A DNA stretch of 64,000 nucleotides from the human T2T-CHM13v2.0 reference genome, Homo sapiens. Position numbers and translations under genes: made by a program. This document shows positions 1-15,449 of this stretch, piece after piece; the stretch's first letter is position 1, and each line of letters starts with the position of its first letter. Below the pieces are notes generated by a model, which saw only the letters and a program-made list of their open reading frames with translations, did no database searches and was not told the DNA's origin. Location of the stretch: NCBI RefSeq assembly GCF_009914755.1, contig NC_060940.1, one strand, 5' to 3'.

Positions 1-184
1 AATTTGTTCAATTAATAGTCTCATTTTCTTCAATTCTTGCCTGATCAGGTCAGCCTCATGTGTTTTCTGGAATCCTATAATTCTTATTTTAATGTGTCCT
101 TTTCCTTCAACTGGCTGGTAAGCCCCTTAATTGCTGGTGCTATGTTTCATTTGTTGTTTATTCTTAACATGGCTGCAGCGAAAT

Positions 185-395
185 GTAGCTGGAAGAGCCT
201 GGATTTTGGCGTCAAAGGAGCCTCTACCACTTATTGCCTGTTTCATCTTAGGCAGGTCACTTCATCTTCTGAGCCTCAGTTTCCTCACTTGGAAAACAAG
301 GGCAAGAAGACTTCTGATGGCTATCACAAGGACTAAATGGAATTTGGACTATTGCCAATACAGTTCCTACAATAGGCACTCAGAAAATGCTAGCT
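185..395 (+). mobile_element. MIR SINE
   Basis: MIR core match: ggcaggtcacttcatcttctgagcctcagtttcctcac. Confidence 0.75.
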
Positions 396-1489
396 TCCTC
401 TCCTTGATTTTATTTCCTGCAATCCCCAACACATTATAGGTGTTCTGTCAAGATTTTTTGAACAGACATTAACTGATGTTCACCAGAGACTGGAGCAGAA
501 GATGATGGCTTTAGCTCAAGCTGAAAAAGAACTTCCATACAGCATTTTTTTAAAAAGCCTCAGGATTGCTTCTGAGTGCAGTTGTGAAATATGCTCCTTT
601 GAATACCTTTAGAAAGGAATTCTCTACCTTCACATACGCCTCCACAACTGCATTCCCTGGCTCTGTTTCTCTGCATTCAGTCTTGAGCATCCTGTGACTT
701 CTCACTCACCTTCCTCCCTGCTGGTCTCTTGGAAAAGTGCTCTACGTATTCAAGTTGATTTCTCTCTCCCTTTTGTTCTCTGCTGTCTGTTAGAGAGACC
801 ATAACTTAACACGAGGCTCTATGATTATCCCCATGCTGGCTGCCAAGGGAAGGAACCCTGACACCGTACCATGCATGGTGGTGATTTTCTGAGGCCCTTA
901 GATTGTTTGCATTCATCTTACCAGCAGGTTATACCCGCCTTACAATTATCCAGCTGCTTTTATAAAATCTTGCATTCAATGTGAGAGTCTTTAAAAGCTT
1001 TCACATTTAGAACATTTAAAAATCCAGCAGGTTTGGACAATGAAACTGACTCACTGTGCTTTGGGTGGGTGTTTTTACATCTGTATGCCTTGTTTTTCGC
1101 ATCTAAGAAACGGGAATGATCTTCCGTGTGGCATGTACACCCAGAGGGACTTGAAGCATGTAATGTGCCCTAAATAGCAGGTTTCATGAATGTAGACCCA
1201 CTCTCTGGCAGTTATGGCTCCCTGACCCTCTACAGGAACACACTCGTGCTGTCTCACCATTTCCAGCCAACAGGATCTCACAGATGTATGTACTTACCTC
1301 TTTAAAGTAACTCAATACTCTCTTTAAAATAAGCCAGCCCACCCAGAGACTAACAGTATAAATTAAGGGCAAACAAACCTCTTACTAAAATGTCTGCAAT
1401 ACAGAAATGTTACAGCTCATCTTCTATATATGGAAATACTATCTTTTTTGCGGGGGGGTATGTCTAGTTCTTATTCTAAATCTATTTAG

Positions 1490-2010
1490 GTGGACAGAAT
1501 AGGCTAAGTTGTGCTGTAGTAACAACCACAGCATATCAATGGCTTAACACAGCAAAAATGTGTTTCTTGCTCATGCTACATGTCCAACAAGTATCAATGT
1601 GCTCACTGTGGCCCCTCAGGGACCCAGTTGAGAGACACTTCATCTCAACATAGGCTTCTAAGGTCATCACAGAAAAAGAAAAGGAATGGAGTAAATTGCG
1701 CACTTGTTCTCAACTTGTCTGCCTGGAGGCAGCTTCAGGCAAGGCTTGATTCAGGACACAAACTATACCATTGTGCTCCATCTTTCAGATCTGCTTCCTC
1801 TGGCTAATCTCTATTCTTGGCTTCTACTCGATAACCTCACAGCACCTAATTCAGCCAAAGGGACAGGATGATTTTGAATAGTTCTCACACCAGTCCTGGG
1901 ATTCCCTCTCTCATTACCCTGGATGGAGTAATATAGCCATCCTGAAGGGATAACTGTAGCTAGGGGAATACAGCGCATTACTGGCTAAGTGTAAGGTCCT
2001 CCCCGCTCCT
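1490..2010 (-). mobile_element. Old MaLR LTR fragments (MLT1J/K/L-like)
   Basis: ggctaagttgtgctgtagtaacaac...tggcttaacacagcaaaa...tttcttgctcatgctacatgtcc is the typical reverse MLT1 end; edges approximate. Confidence 0.55.
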
Positions 2011-2027
2011 GGGGCTGGGTATGGGAG

Positions 2028-2190
2028 TAGGGTTGCTCCCATACAATAAAATACAGGATTCCCAGCTAAATTTGAATTTCAGATGAATAACAATTTTTTT
2101 AGTATAAAAAACATTCATTGTTTATCTGACATTTACATTTAACTGGGCATCCTGCATTTGTATTTGCTATTAATACAATGGGTAACCCTT
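2028..2190. mobile_element. MER53 palindromic hAT MITE, centre deleted
   Basis: TIR-like ends tagggttgc...ggtaaccct; inverted arms aatacaggattcccagctaaatttgaatttcagat / atctgacatttacatttaactgggcatcctgcatt. Confidence 0.8.
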
Positions 2191-2399
2191 AATGGAAACC
2201 CCTTTCCAAAACACATGTAGGGAAAGGGTGGTTCCCTCCAATGCAATGATATGTAGCATAATCAGAATGAAGGACAGTGGCAGCAACTGTAACTGTTCAC
2301 TCTAGTAACTATGTCAGGGCTCGAATGGGTGTAATACTCTCGGTAGGTATATATGTGTGATATTGCCCTAAAAAATAATACCTTATAATGGCATGCCAT

Positions 2400-3300
<901 letters not shown>

Positions 3301-3319
3301 ATCATTTATATAAACCACC

Positions 3320-3510
3320 TGCATTTTATGTGCATAATGTAATTTAATGCTCACATCAACTCTGTTGGGTAGAAACTGACTTTGTCTCATTTTATACGTG
3401 AGGAAACCAAGTCTTATTGGAGTCAAGGGGCTTGCTCAAAATCAAAGAGCCAATAATTGGCAAAACTAGAATTAGAACTTAGTCTTCTGATTCTAAGTTG
3501 ATGCTATTTT
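3320..3510 (-). mobile_element. MIR SINE
   Basis: ctcattttatacgtgaggaaaccaag...ttgctcaaaatca reverse MIR core. Confidence 0.65.
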
Positions 3511-3766
3511 TTTTCTCCATTGCAGCCCAGCTGTCTCCTCACTGGAGTGGTATAGCCATAAAATATGGGTTTAAGAATAAAGCTGAAAATCTACCCTCCT
3601 GAAGGAGAGAATCTCAGATATAATCCATACTTTCCTGATTCCTGGGAGTTTCCCATCTCCTAGTTGTTTATCATATTTCCTGGGTCTCCTCTAGGATAAT
3701 TTAAGATAAAAGGTGAAGGACGCCTTAGACTAATATAATTTCAAGCCAATTGTCGTGTTGATGGCT

Positions 3767-4390
3767 GTGGTAGTTTAGATTATTATTCCATAAATATTCA
3801 CTCCCATCTCCCCTCCACTGGGGCAAGGTATGCTTCCTCACTCCATCAGTGTTGGGCTTGACTGTGTGCCCTAGGGATGTTAGCTGATGTAACATGACCA
3901 GACATTTGAAATGTGCTTATGGGGTTGTCCTTCTGCAGTCACCTATGAGAATACCCTGAGCCATCTGGTTCCTAAAAGATGAGAGACACGTGGAGCAGGC
4001 TTGGACCCAACCTGAAGCTTAGACCCAAGCCCAGGTGAGCCCAGCTGAAGCTCAGCCTAGGCCAGTGGTTCTCGACTGAAAGTGTTTTTTCCTATCAGGA
4101 AACATTTGGCAATGTCTAGAGACATTTTTGATTATCACAACTAGGAGAAGGATGTTATGGGCATCTAGTGGATAGAGGTTACTTCTAAACAATACAGTGA
4201 GCAGGACAGCCCCCATCTTAAAGACTTATCTGGCCCCAAATGTCAATAGTGCTGAGGTTCAGAAACCCTGGTCTAAATGAGCTCCTAGTGTAGACACAGG
4301 AGCAAAAATAAGTGATTTCTCTTTGAAACCTCTGAGTTTTGTGGGAGGTTTTAAAATGTAGCATGATTGTGGTAGTAAATAGCTACTATA
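3767..4390 (+). mobile_element. MLT1 (G/H-like) LTR interrupted by MER20
   Basis: tgtggtag start, gagacacgtggagcag body, aataagtgatt...ctctgagtttt end. Confidence 0.6.
4063..4270 (+). mobile_element. MER20 hAT-Charlie MITE
   Basis: cagtggttctc...acatttggcaatgtctagagacattttt...caaatgtcaatagtgctgaggttcagaaaccctg; flanks resemble the NTCTAGAN target. Confidence 0.9.
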
Positions 4391-5059
4391 ATGGCAAATG
4401 TGAGAACCATGTTTTAGGAGGCAAGCTCAGTAAATGGTTCCTTCTGGTGAAACTTCGCAATCTCCCTGCTGGCTCTGGTCCCCAGTCATTCCTTCTGGCA
4501 CAGGGTGGTCCTGCAGATGAGCTCAGATGTGTACTAGTTCTTAGACACCCTGGGAGAAGAAGGCACCACCTTGGACCCCAAAGATTCCTCCCTCAAGCTT
4601 TGTGTCATCCTCTTTCTTGCCTTTTGAAGCCCTTAATGACTCTCTGCCTCCCAAGGCCTGCCCCTTCCCCTCTCTGTCACATTCATTTTGTCTGAAGAAT
4701 TTTCTCCAGCTGGTTATTAATGCGTGTTTCTCCTGCAGAAAAGCTCAGCCATTTCTCTCATCATTCCAGGCTTGACTCTCCAGCCCTAAGGACCACATAC
4801 CCTTGATGGTGACTCGTGTTCACCAAGGAACCGAATTCATTCTGTACTTTTCCAGAAAAGATGAAAAAGTGTTCCTTTTGGTCCTTCATAAAATCCCCAC
4901 ATCCCTTAGGATATTTTTACGTAGTCTTGGTTTCCAAACTGAGAAAGGAATCGGGTTCTGACTAATCTCACGAAAGAAATTATAGAAACATTTTTTTCTC
5001 TACTGAACATGCCATCCCATTTTATATCAGCTTACCTTTTTCACCCACTTTGAAGAGTT

Positions 5060-5405
5060 TTTAAGAATTGAGGTTTAACTTTGCATATAGCAGCATGCAC
5101 AAATTGGAATGGTACAGCTTGATAAATTTTTACATCTGCACACACCTGTGTAACCAGTACCCAGATCAAGGTCTGGGACATGCTATCACCTCAGAAAGCC
5201 CCCCATGCACCTTTCCAGACAGTCGCTACCCCCACAAATCTACCCTATTCTGTCTCCTATCACCAAAGATTAATTTTGCCTGTTTTCAAACTTCTTACAG
5301 GTGGACTCATACAGTGCATCTTACAAGATATGCACATTGGTGTCGGGGTTCTTTTGGTCAACCTAAAGTTTTGAAATCCATCTATGTTGTTGGGTGTAAC
5401 AGTTA
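5060..5405 (-). mobile_element. L1MB/ME 3' end fragment
   Basis: gtacagcttgataaattttt...tgtgtaaccagtacccagatcaag...tatcacctcagaaagcccc. Confidence 0.7.
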
Positions 5406-6658
5406 AAAGATTCTAAATGGCATCTTCCACAGAAAAGAGGAAGGATTTCATAACAATTTCTACCACTGCTATTTCAGGAATCCGTGAATGGGTAAAAGAG
5501 AGAATTTAGGCCTCCTAGGGAAGATGGGAACTTGAACATAGGCATCTACATCTTCCCCTCTTCCTCCCCTCACTCCCATGATAATGATAAGTGCTAATAG
5601 GAGGATGATCGGCATTGGTTTCAGATGCTAGGATAGCTTCACCTATATGGCAGAGACTTCAAGATGAGATGGGCCTGAAGGTGCCACGGAAGTCAGCTTC
5701 CCTCTTTCCATCCTAAGAAGAGGAGAGAGCATTGTGGGACAGGCAGAGGTCCCTACAGCAGAAGTGGCTGGGCCTCCTTCAAGACTGGAAGACTGCCATG
5801 ATCACAAAAATTCCAAGGAAGGCATCTCCCCAGCGTCCGCAGCCAAAACAAATAAAAATCCACTGAGACAGGGCATCCTCTGAGGCTGATTGTCTGGTCA
5901 AGCAAGAATCCTGGCACACTTATTGGCCTCAACAGGTTGACTCTTCTTGAGTCAATTTTGGTGATTTATCCTTTCCTAGAAGAGCATCTACTTCCTCCAT
6001 ATTTTCAGTTTCTAAGCATGGACCCATGTGGTCTCACTATTGTATTTTTAATCAGCTGATGATTGGCTGGAACATGATTTCAGTCATGTAGAATGTGGGT
6101 ATTGAACTTCCTGAGCCCTTAAATATCTGAGAATATCTTCCCGTTGTTGTGCATAGGGGAATGGCAACTTGGTTGTGTGTGTAGATTTCTGGGGTTGCAG
6201 GCTTCCAGAACCCCAAAGCTCAACATCGTCTTTGATGTCTACTGTTAACAGAGGTAAAGTCTGAGGCCAGGCTGACTTTATCCTTTATAAGTAGGCTTTT
6301 CCCTGAGTATTTATAGAGTTCTTTTCCTTGAAGTTAGAACTTTGCCAGGATACGTATCTAGGTTTTAGTCTCTTTTTTATGAATTTTTTTCTGATGTGAT
6401 TTATATTCTTTTGAAACACAGGTTCAGGTTTTTCTTTAATTCAGGAACTTTTCCCTCATATTGAATATTACTTCTATTGTACTTGTTTTGGTATCTTGTT
6501 CACAGATATACATTTTCTATGTGTTATATCACATTATCTGTCTTGATTATCACCACTTCCCTCTATCCTTTTCCTCTGAATCCTAAGGAAGTTTCTCAGG
6601 CTTCTTATTATCACTGATTTGCTTTTCTGCATTGTTAATTTATCTGTTACTGTATTAA

Positions 6659-6975
<317 letters not shown>

Positions 6976-7689
6976 TAAATGGTTTAATTTCTTTCTGGCT
7001 TTAAACTACAATCACTTTAATCTCTTTTCTTCTCAACTCGTCTATGTTTTTGTGTCATGGAGTCTGCACTGAAAAAGAAATTTATGAAAAGTAGAAAGCA
7101 AATGCTGTTGGAATTTACTCTATTTCCTGCAGTAAATCATTTTCCAAACCACATTTTTCCTCTGCCCATTTTATGACATTGGCATTTTTCACAGGCCTCA
7201 CATTTCTCCCCTTGTTTATTGCTTTTAATTGATGAGAGTTCTATTTGGGTCTGGCATGTCCTCCCAAGCAGAGGGCAATGGATTCTTCTAGTAGTTTCCC
7301 CCAACGTGGGCCTTGAGCTGGGGGTTTTTGCAAGTTGAGGGGTTGAGCATCCTTGGGGACACAGAAGGAGGGTGAGGCCACAGATAATCCCAGCCCTGGC
7401 TTGTGACTTCTCCACATTTGACAAGGTCACCATGGCAGGTTTCAAATACCTTCAGCTTCCAGGCCCTGGCTGGCTGGCTGCTTCCTACCATGCCTGCAAG
7501 AATTCCTGCTGCCTTGGGAAATTTCCCCTGTCCAGCTGCAACTGCCACGCCCCTGCTGCTCTCTAAACATCTGGAAGGCTCTCCTGCCACCCTGCTCTTG
7601 AACTCAGAAAGCATTCCTTTTCAATCTCTGATTTTCTCCCACCTCCAAGCCATCTGGCTTCTGGGGTATCAGGAACAATGCATCAGTTC

Positions 7690-7711
7690 TTTCTCTCTGT
7701 CTGTCTCTCTG

Positions 7712-7755
<44 letters not shown>
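7690..7755. repeat. (TC)n/(TCTG)n microsatellite
   Basis: Direct inspection. Confidence 0.95.
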
Positions 7756-7757
<2 letters not shown>

Positions 7758-8180
7758 CTCTCCACTTCATACGCTGACTTCATTCTCAGACTCCTTATGT
7801 TACCATGATGCTTCAACCCTTATATCCTCACAATTCCAAGTGCAACAGAATTTTCTTTTCTCCCAGCATTCCCAGAAAAAATCTAGCTGTGACTCATTGG
7901 CTCTGATTGGGTCACCTGCTCATCTTTGGACCACTCATCACAACTAGCGAGTGGGATGTTCTGCCTGGTTTGGGCATGGCTCATATACTCACTTCTTGAG
8001 CAGAGATTTGGATCTGCCCCACTCAAACTCTAAAAAGAAATGTTGGGGTATCATTACTATAAGAAGGATGAATAGTTGGTAGATGGCACAAATAATAGAC
8101 ATACATTACAGAAGAATTCTCCACTTAATTCTGCAAAAGCACTCTGCTTCCTAAGTATGGTAGATTGTGAACTGGCTCAG

Positions 8181-8378
8181 CAGGGATTCCATGTGAAACT
8201 GGGCAGGTTTTGTACTGCACAACCATGCATACCTAAGGGGCCCAAGTTACATCATAGACACTATAGATTTGCATAACTTTTACCATTTTCCAGCAGACGG
8301 AAGAAGGGTTTTGAGGAAGGGACACATTTTGCTAATCATGTAAATGTGCCATGTAGACTGGTGACAAGTGACAGTCCT
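8181..8378 (+). mobile_element. hAT-Tip100 MITE (MER91/Arthur1-like)
   Basis: gcaggttttgtactgcacaac...acatcatagacactatagatttg...ttttccagcagacgg...tgaggaaggg. Confidence 0.55.
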
Positions 8379-10118
8379 GTCAAGATATCTTTACTCAATA
8401 TTCATTTCCGTGACCTGCAATTCCTTTCCCTGAGCTGCCAGTCCTGATGCAGTTTCTTCAGATTATTTTTGCATCTTTAAGTCTGTAAGTCCTCAGTCTC
8501 CTGTCTTTTCCTAGAAATAGAAATCCTATTGCTATGTAGGATTGTTCTTCTGTCTTGCTCCCATGCTTATCCCCAAAACACATAACCTCCACTAAGAAAC
8601 CCAACTCTCCCCTCCTTTATCTTTTGGGTTTTGAGCATTTCTGATGGGAAAGAGTTTTGGGAGGTCCCTCCTGGGGTAGCTGGATTTGAATCTGGAGGAG
8701 CAGGAGAGGCTGTGTCTGCTTCCATTCAGTAGCTGATGTGTCCATTTGGCCGTGACCTCAGAGGGCCCTGAGGAGCTGTACTTTGCAATCAGGAGTCCAG
8801 GCAAGGAATCACCTGGATTTTAATTCTGACTTTTCTCAGCCTTGGGCATGTCACATCACTTCTCTGGGCCTTTCCATGAGAGTGCAGAGCTGAGTCATTT
8901 CTGAAGGCTTTTCCACGCTCAGATCTGATGACTGCAGGTGTCATTCAAGGGTAAAAATGAAAACATTTTCAACAGATGCTACGTAATCTCAATGGCAATC
9001 CTTAATACAATGTACATATAATATATTCGAGGCACTATCCTAGGTGTTTTGTATGCACCATGCCATTTCATCTTTCCAGCAACCCCACAGATACCTGTTA
9101 CCATCATGATCGTTTCATAAATGAGAAAAGCGAGGTTCAGAGGGGCTAAATGACACCTCGTTAAAAAAAATCAGTTAGGTTTCAATCCCATGACTTTGTT
9201 TATGATTTCCTGGTGCTGAGTATAGTGATGAAAGTAATGTTATTAATTTCCGTAGTTATAATTTTAAACACAAGTCAGTATGAATGCAAATTGTTTCACA
9301 AGACGCTTCTTGCATCTTTCCACACGTATGTTACCCAACCACCGTCTTCTTTCTTCAAGCTAGAGGCCTTTTGATTATTTTCTTCTAAGAAAGCACCTCT
9401 TTGTGATTTTCACTGTAGCCTCTCGATGAGTATTTGAGATGATTTTAAAGCGTAAACAGTGGAAAACGCGTTAATATCATTTCCTTTCCAGCCTCATTTC
9501 AAAATGAAAGGGAAATGTGTTTGGGGAAAAATTCACTTACAAGTTTGGCCAAATGCCTAAACTATGCAAAGAGCCTGACAAATGGAACAAAGTTTAACTT
9601 GCTCTAAATAACATCTCCATGCCTCTGATTCTGGGCTGGGGAAAGCTCTTACACTGACCCGTTTGCTAATGATAGCCCGGACATCAATAATGGAATGTGA
9701 AAGACAATCTTCTAATCAATTTTTTTTTCCTGCTGGTTTAGATTAAAGCACAGAAAATGCCCAAATGCTCCATCTGCTTCCTCTAAGATTTCTGGTAGGC
9801 TGGAGCCCAATTATGGCTGCCTTATCCATTTTTAATAATCTACTTATGATCGCGCAAACACAGGGTGTGATTATACCCACATCGGCTTCTGTTTCAGAGC
9901 TTCCATTTCCATCTATAATTAATAAGCCACTCAGTACATTGGAGGGGAGCTGAAGGAGAGATGTGAGAGATTCTTAAGTAGGATAGCTTTTGCGGTGGTT
10001 GTTCTTTGATTCACTTTACCAACCTTCACTGATGTCTACAGTGTGCCAGCCGCCGTGCTAGACCCCAAAGGTAAAAGAATAACACACACTTTTGCCCTCT
10101 TTAAGAGCTCTTAGGCAT

Positions 10119-10382
10119 TTTAGAAAGAATGAATAAGACCTAGTATTTGCTAGCAAAACAGGGTGACTATAGTCAAAGACAATTAAATTGTACATTAAAA
10201 AATAACGAAAATTGTATAATTGGATTTTTGTAACCCAAAGGCTAAGTGCTTGAGGGGATGGATACCCCATTTACCTTGATGTGATTATTATGCATTGCAT
10301 GTCTGTATCAAAATATCTCATATAACCCATAAATATATACATCTAGTATGTGCCCACAAATTTTTTTTAAAAAATTTTAAAG
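10119..10382 (+). mobile_element. L1MA 3' end
   Basis: agaaagaatgaataagacctagtatttg...gaggggatggataccccattt; TSD aagagctctt at 10103 and 10383. Confidence 0.9.
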
Positions 10383-10659
10383 AAGAGCTCTTGGACTATC
10401 AAAAAAGATGTACAAGCATGCATGTTTTGTTTGTGATGTGAGTTGGGCTTTTTTCCAGAAAATTCAGCTGCTAAGACAATCAAGATGTTTTATGTTCCCA
10501 AACAATGAAGTATAGGATAATTAGATCACTATATTATTACAAATATAATTCTAAGAGAGCTTATTTTGGAATCCTTTTTTTGTTTGTTTGTTTGTTTGTT
10601 TGTTTGAAAGGAAGTGAGCTATTCTCGGGAAGTAGTCATTTTTATAAGGATGTGAGAGT

Positions 10660-10850
10660 AGAAAAAGACAAACTTGCAGCTAGACAGCCAGGGTTCAAGT
10701 CCCAGCTTTGTACTGTGTGACCTCAGACACGTCTCTTGACCTCTCTGAGTCTGTTTCTGTATTGTAAAATGAGGAAAATGGTTCCTTCACTGGGCTTGTC
10801 TGAGATAATGTGCATGAATTCAAGGTATGGATTGCAAAGTACTATATCAG
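10660..10850 (+). mobile_element. MIR SINE
   Basis: gggttcaagtcccagct...tgtgtgacct...ctctctgagtctgtttc...tgtaaaatg. Confidence 0.7.
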
Positions 10851-10906
10851 TATAATAAAGAAAGCTCAAAGTCTTACTGATCAGAAATATGATAAAAACC
10901 ACTTTG

Positions 10907-11212
<306 letters not shown>

Positions 11213-11954
11213 TTATCCTTATTTTTCTATTTCCCTGCCCAGTTCTCCCAGCCAAATGTTACCCATGCTCTAAGAAGACCAAAACCTTCACCTTAGCGAC
11301 TAGTATGAAGTATTTTGCAGTACTCAAAGTACAAGTTATTTTTCATATTTGCAAACTGTGCAAACTGCCTCTAATAATTTTTAACACAAAGGGGATACTT
11401 TAGGAAAGATATTGGGGCCTCACACGTTTGCAGAAAGCTAGATAACTGAATTTAGTCCATGTTCTGTTGTTATTTGCTGAAAACGTAATTGCATCACTGA
11501 TTTACTGCTTATACTCATTTTCAGTGTTATAGCTGTCAGATTCCTTACATCTTTTATGAGTCTTGTGTTAACAATCCACTGTGCCCACTCTCCTATCTCA
11601 AAGGCTTCCTTCTTGGGCCAAAGGGGTTCTTTCTAGACAGAGTTGCTTTCTTAGCCCATCTTAGAAGAATTCTCTACCTCTGATTTCAAAATTCCCACTG
11701 CTAGGCTTGATGGAAAATTCCAGCAATCTATAATCTATGATTTATAGCTGAGTGAAACCTACAAACATTAATCTCCAGCAGTAACCGAGCAGTATTAAGT
11801 GAGAGTGCAGGCAACAAATGCCTATTTCTGAGGCATGAGAGTTACTCTGATCTGGTCTGGACCTGGTCCGAGGGGATTTCTGACTTGGGCATGTAGGGGT
11901 GATTGGCAGTGGGGTGGATGCAGAATGGGAGGGGTCTGAGCGTGTGCACCCCAG

Positions 11955-12710
11955 CTCCCTGACATATTCCTCAATCTGAAGTCCAGCCACATTGCTCTTC
12001 CTCAAACATGTCAGGTTCACTCTGCCTCAGAGCCTTTGTACTCAGCCCTCTTACTGGAATTCTCTTTCCCCAGAAGGCCACACTCTCCCTAACAGCTCTA
12101 TTTAAAATGACAATTGCCCTCTTCCCTTGTATTAGTCTGTTATTGTGCTGCTAATGAAGACCTAGCTGAGAGTGGGTAATTTATAAAGGAAAGAGGTTTA
12201 ATGGACTCACAGTTCCACATGGCTGGGGAGGCCTCACAATCTTGGTGGAAGACAAAGAGCAAAGGGACGTCTTACATGGCGTCCGGCAAGAGAGAGAGCT
12301 TGTGTAGGGGAACTCCCCTTTATAAAACCATCAGATCTCGTGAGACTTATTCACTATCACGAGAACAGCATGGGAAAGACTTGCCCTCATGATTTAACTA
12401 CCTCCCACTGGGTCCCTCCCATGACACATGGGAATTATGGGAGCTACAATTCAAGATTTGGGTGGGGACACAGCTAAAGCATATCACCCCGCATACACAT
12501 CAGAACTCCCCATCTGACTTCTGCAGTTTATTTATTTATTTATTTTTGAGCAATGATCACTTTTTACTATATCACTTGCTTTTGGGGAAGGAGTCTGTCT
12601 CCCACCTCTAGGCAGGAATTGCCATCTATTTTGTTCACTGCTGCAATCCTCAACACTTACACCATTTTAGGCAATTGTTGGCTCCCAATAAATATTTCTG
12701 GAAGGAACCA
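11955..12710 (+). mobile_element. L2 3' region interrupted by THE1
   Basis: ctgcctcagagcctttgtac ... ttttgttcactgctg ... caataaatattt. Confidence 0.6.
12128..12486 (-). mobile_element. THE1 (B/C) solo LTR
   Basis: tgtattagtc...gaggtttaatggactcacagttccacatggctggggaggcctcac...gggtggggacacag...atatca. Confidence 0.93.
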
Positions 12711-12724
12711 ATGAAAGCCATAGT

Positions 12725-12911
12725 CTTAGATATATAAATTGCCTTTATGTATCACAGTTATGAGTGTATAAAAGTATGAAATATAAAATATCATACATAT
12801 TTAATAATTTAATACCCTTAATGTATATTTAACATCTTACAATATATGGTAGAATATATAGTATATTTAATATAGTAATAGATAAATATGTATTTAATAT
12901 AATTATATATA
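12725..12911. repeat. AT-rich low-complexity tract
   Basis: Degenerate TA-rich run adjoining the Alu tail. Confidence 0.8.
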
Positions 12912-13221
<310 letters not shown>

Positions 13222-13719
13222 TAGTTGTATATCATAGTTTTGATATATAACGTTCTTTTCTGGCCTCTAGAACCACAGCCCAGTCTGGGGGGTCCATCAG
13301 AGACTCTACACTTGTGGGCCCATCTCTCTACTTTTGTCTCTGCTTGTGGCCTGGGGGCAGCTGCCCTGACTGCATCTGAACCAGAGTTGAACCCAGTTGG
13401 CTACTGGCATAGACAGAACCTGTACTTGCTGGAGAGGAGTTTCTTGTTTCTGAGAGGCCTGGAGGACTGGGGGCCATACCCTGGAATGGCAGTGGGTAGG
13501 TGAAGTGACCAGAAGCTGGAGGAGCCACCATCCCCAGGACCAGCCTTGGCCCTCTCCTCTTCCACAGGCATCTGAGCTGTCATCTGAGTACTAAATGGTA
13601 CATGGAGACATTGACAGTCAGAGACTTTTAGAGCACAGTGACTAAAAGAAACACAATTTTTAATCCAGAGCTGGGGAGGGAAACTCCTTCTAGAAGTCAT
13701 GGGTCAAGGGAACTTAAAA

Positions 13720-14198
13720 TAATACAATGCACATCTCTTATTGTGGCCTCCGGCATCTCATGTGATATGGCTGCTGCAATCCTCTGTGGGCCTCCTACTT
13801 CCCCCTTGCTCACCACCCTCCAACCACAGTGCCCTCTCTGGCTTTTGAACCTGCTGAGCCGCTTCCCTGCCTCGGGACCTTTGCACTGGTCTCCTAAAGA
13901 GCTCTGCTCCCCAGTCTCAGCCTCCTCTCATCATTCAAACCTGAGCCCAGTATATCCCATTGGACAGACCTTTCCTGTCTGAAATAGCTGCCCCATCCTG
14001 TTTATGTTTTTCATAAAGAAAAGTAAATGTACTTGTTAAATATTCACTGCTTCTCTGTCCACCCCAACTGTGGTAATGTGAGCTCCATGAGTAGGGGTTT
14101 TTCTCTGGTTCATTTACAGCTGTAGCCTTAATGCCAAGTACAGCACCTGGCACTTAACAGGTGCTCTGTAAGCATTTGTTGAATGAATAAATGAAGGA
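13720..14198 (+). mobile_element. L2 3' end
   Basis: cagcacctggcacttaacaggtgctc...atttgttgaatgaataaatgaa terminus. Confidence 0.8.
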
Positions 14199-14333
14199 AT
14201 GCACCAACAGACCAATTAGGCCTTCCTGTTTTAGGATCTAAAGGCAACTGTGTGTGTGTGGGTGTGTGTCTCATTCATGAAGCAGGCTTCTCCTCAGCTT
14301 TTTTTTTTTTTTTTTTTGGTAGGGAATCAGAAG

Positions 14334-14550
14334 CAAAGGTTGCAAACCAGTAGACTGTGGGCTAGTTGGAGCCTGTGGATCTGTTGAAGTGGTTTGATTG
14401 GCCTCCCACCATGTTTTAAGGGCAAACTAACCAGGCACCTGTTATACTTGCAATCCCAGCTGTTCAATATAGTCATGTTATACCATTGCTATCTCACACA
14501 TTTCTGTTACCTGCCCGGCTCCTGCAGCATGTGAGCTTCACCCGCCCTGG
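14334..14550 (+). mobile_element. MER102-like hAT-Charlie MITE
   Basis: caaaggttgcaaac...gtgggct...gcctgtgg start; ctcctgcagcatgtgagctt...ccctg end. Confidence 0.55.
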
Positions 14551-14949
14551 ACTATTGGATCATTTGGACTCAGAGCATTTGATGTGTGGGTTCTGTAGCT
14601 TCTACTGCTGTCCTGTGGATCAGAGTTCATTTTCAGGAACCTGGATGGCAAACCAGCCTTCTCACCTGGGACTCAGCCAGGTTGCCAGTCCGGGACATGT
14701 CTATCACATTCCTAGGCTCAAGGGGTATTCAAGGCATGGCTGATGGCTTTCTTCTTTCCAGAGAAGCCAAGCAATTTTGACAGCCAAGAGAGAAGCATGG
14801 AGTGGAGGATAAAGATTTGGAACATCTCCTACGGGGATGAAGGGGGCAGCCCTCATGGGCAGGATCTGGGTCTGTTTTGTTCACTGCTTATGTCTTCAAC
14901 ATCCAGCATTGCTTGGAATGCAGTGAATACTAAGGAAACTCTCCCCAGC

Positions 14950-15059
14950 TTAAGGTTCTTCACTTAATCACATCTGCAAAAACTGCTTTTCTTAATGAGG
15001 TCACATTTCCAGGTTCCAGGGGTTAGGACCCGCTGGGGACCATTCCTCAGCCGACTACA
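14950..15059 (-). mobile_element. MLT1B/C LTR fragment
   Basis: cttaatcacatctgcaaa...gaggtcacatt...ggttccaggggttaggac. Confidence 0.7.
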
Positions 15060-15449
15060 GACAGTCTTCCCAGTTGTCCTGGGCCTCCAATGAGGCACTA
15101 GTAATTGCAAATAAGCTTCTGTGGGATCATCTGGATTTTCTGGTAGCCTCACTAGTGCCTCCAAATGAACAGAACTCATGACACATGTTTGAGAATGATA
15201 TACTTCCAGAATCTTGCCCTTTGGGATAGCACATCAGTAGACATCGTTGCCGATTTGTTCCTGCCTTGGGGCCATCACATTGCTCTTACTCTCATGACTG
15301 TGCTCATAAAAATGGTCCCCCAGTCACTGCTGTTATTCCACACATGTGGGTGTCCTCTGATTCAATGCCCCTCTTCCTCCAGGATGCCCTCAAAAACCTA
15401 CCTGGCCAGGGCCCTTCTGAAGGTTCTTTTTTCTCCCTGTCTTTTTTAA

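Noticed and set aside
2028-2190. MER53 hairpin as a miR-1302 family locus
   Set aside because: The central segment carrying the mature miR-1302-like sequence (ttgggacatactta) is deleted in this copy.
4063-4270. MER20 as a co-opted enhancer
   Set aside because: The family has known co-opted copies, but nothing in this sequence distinguishes this copy, which also has an internal deletion.
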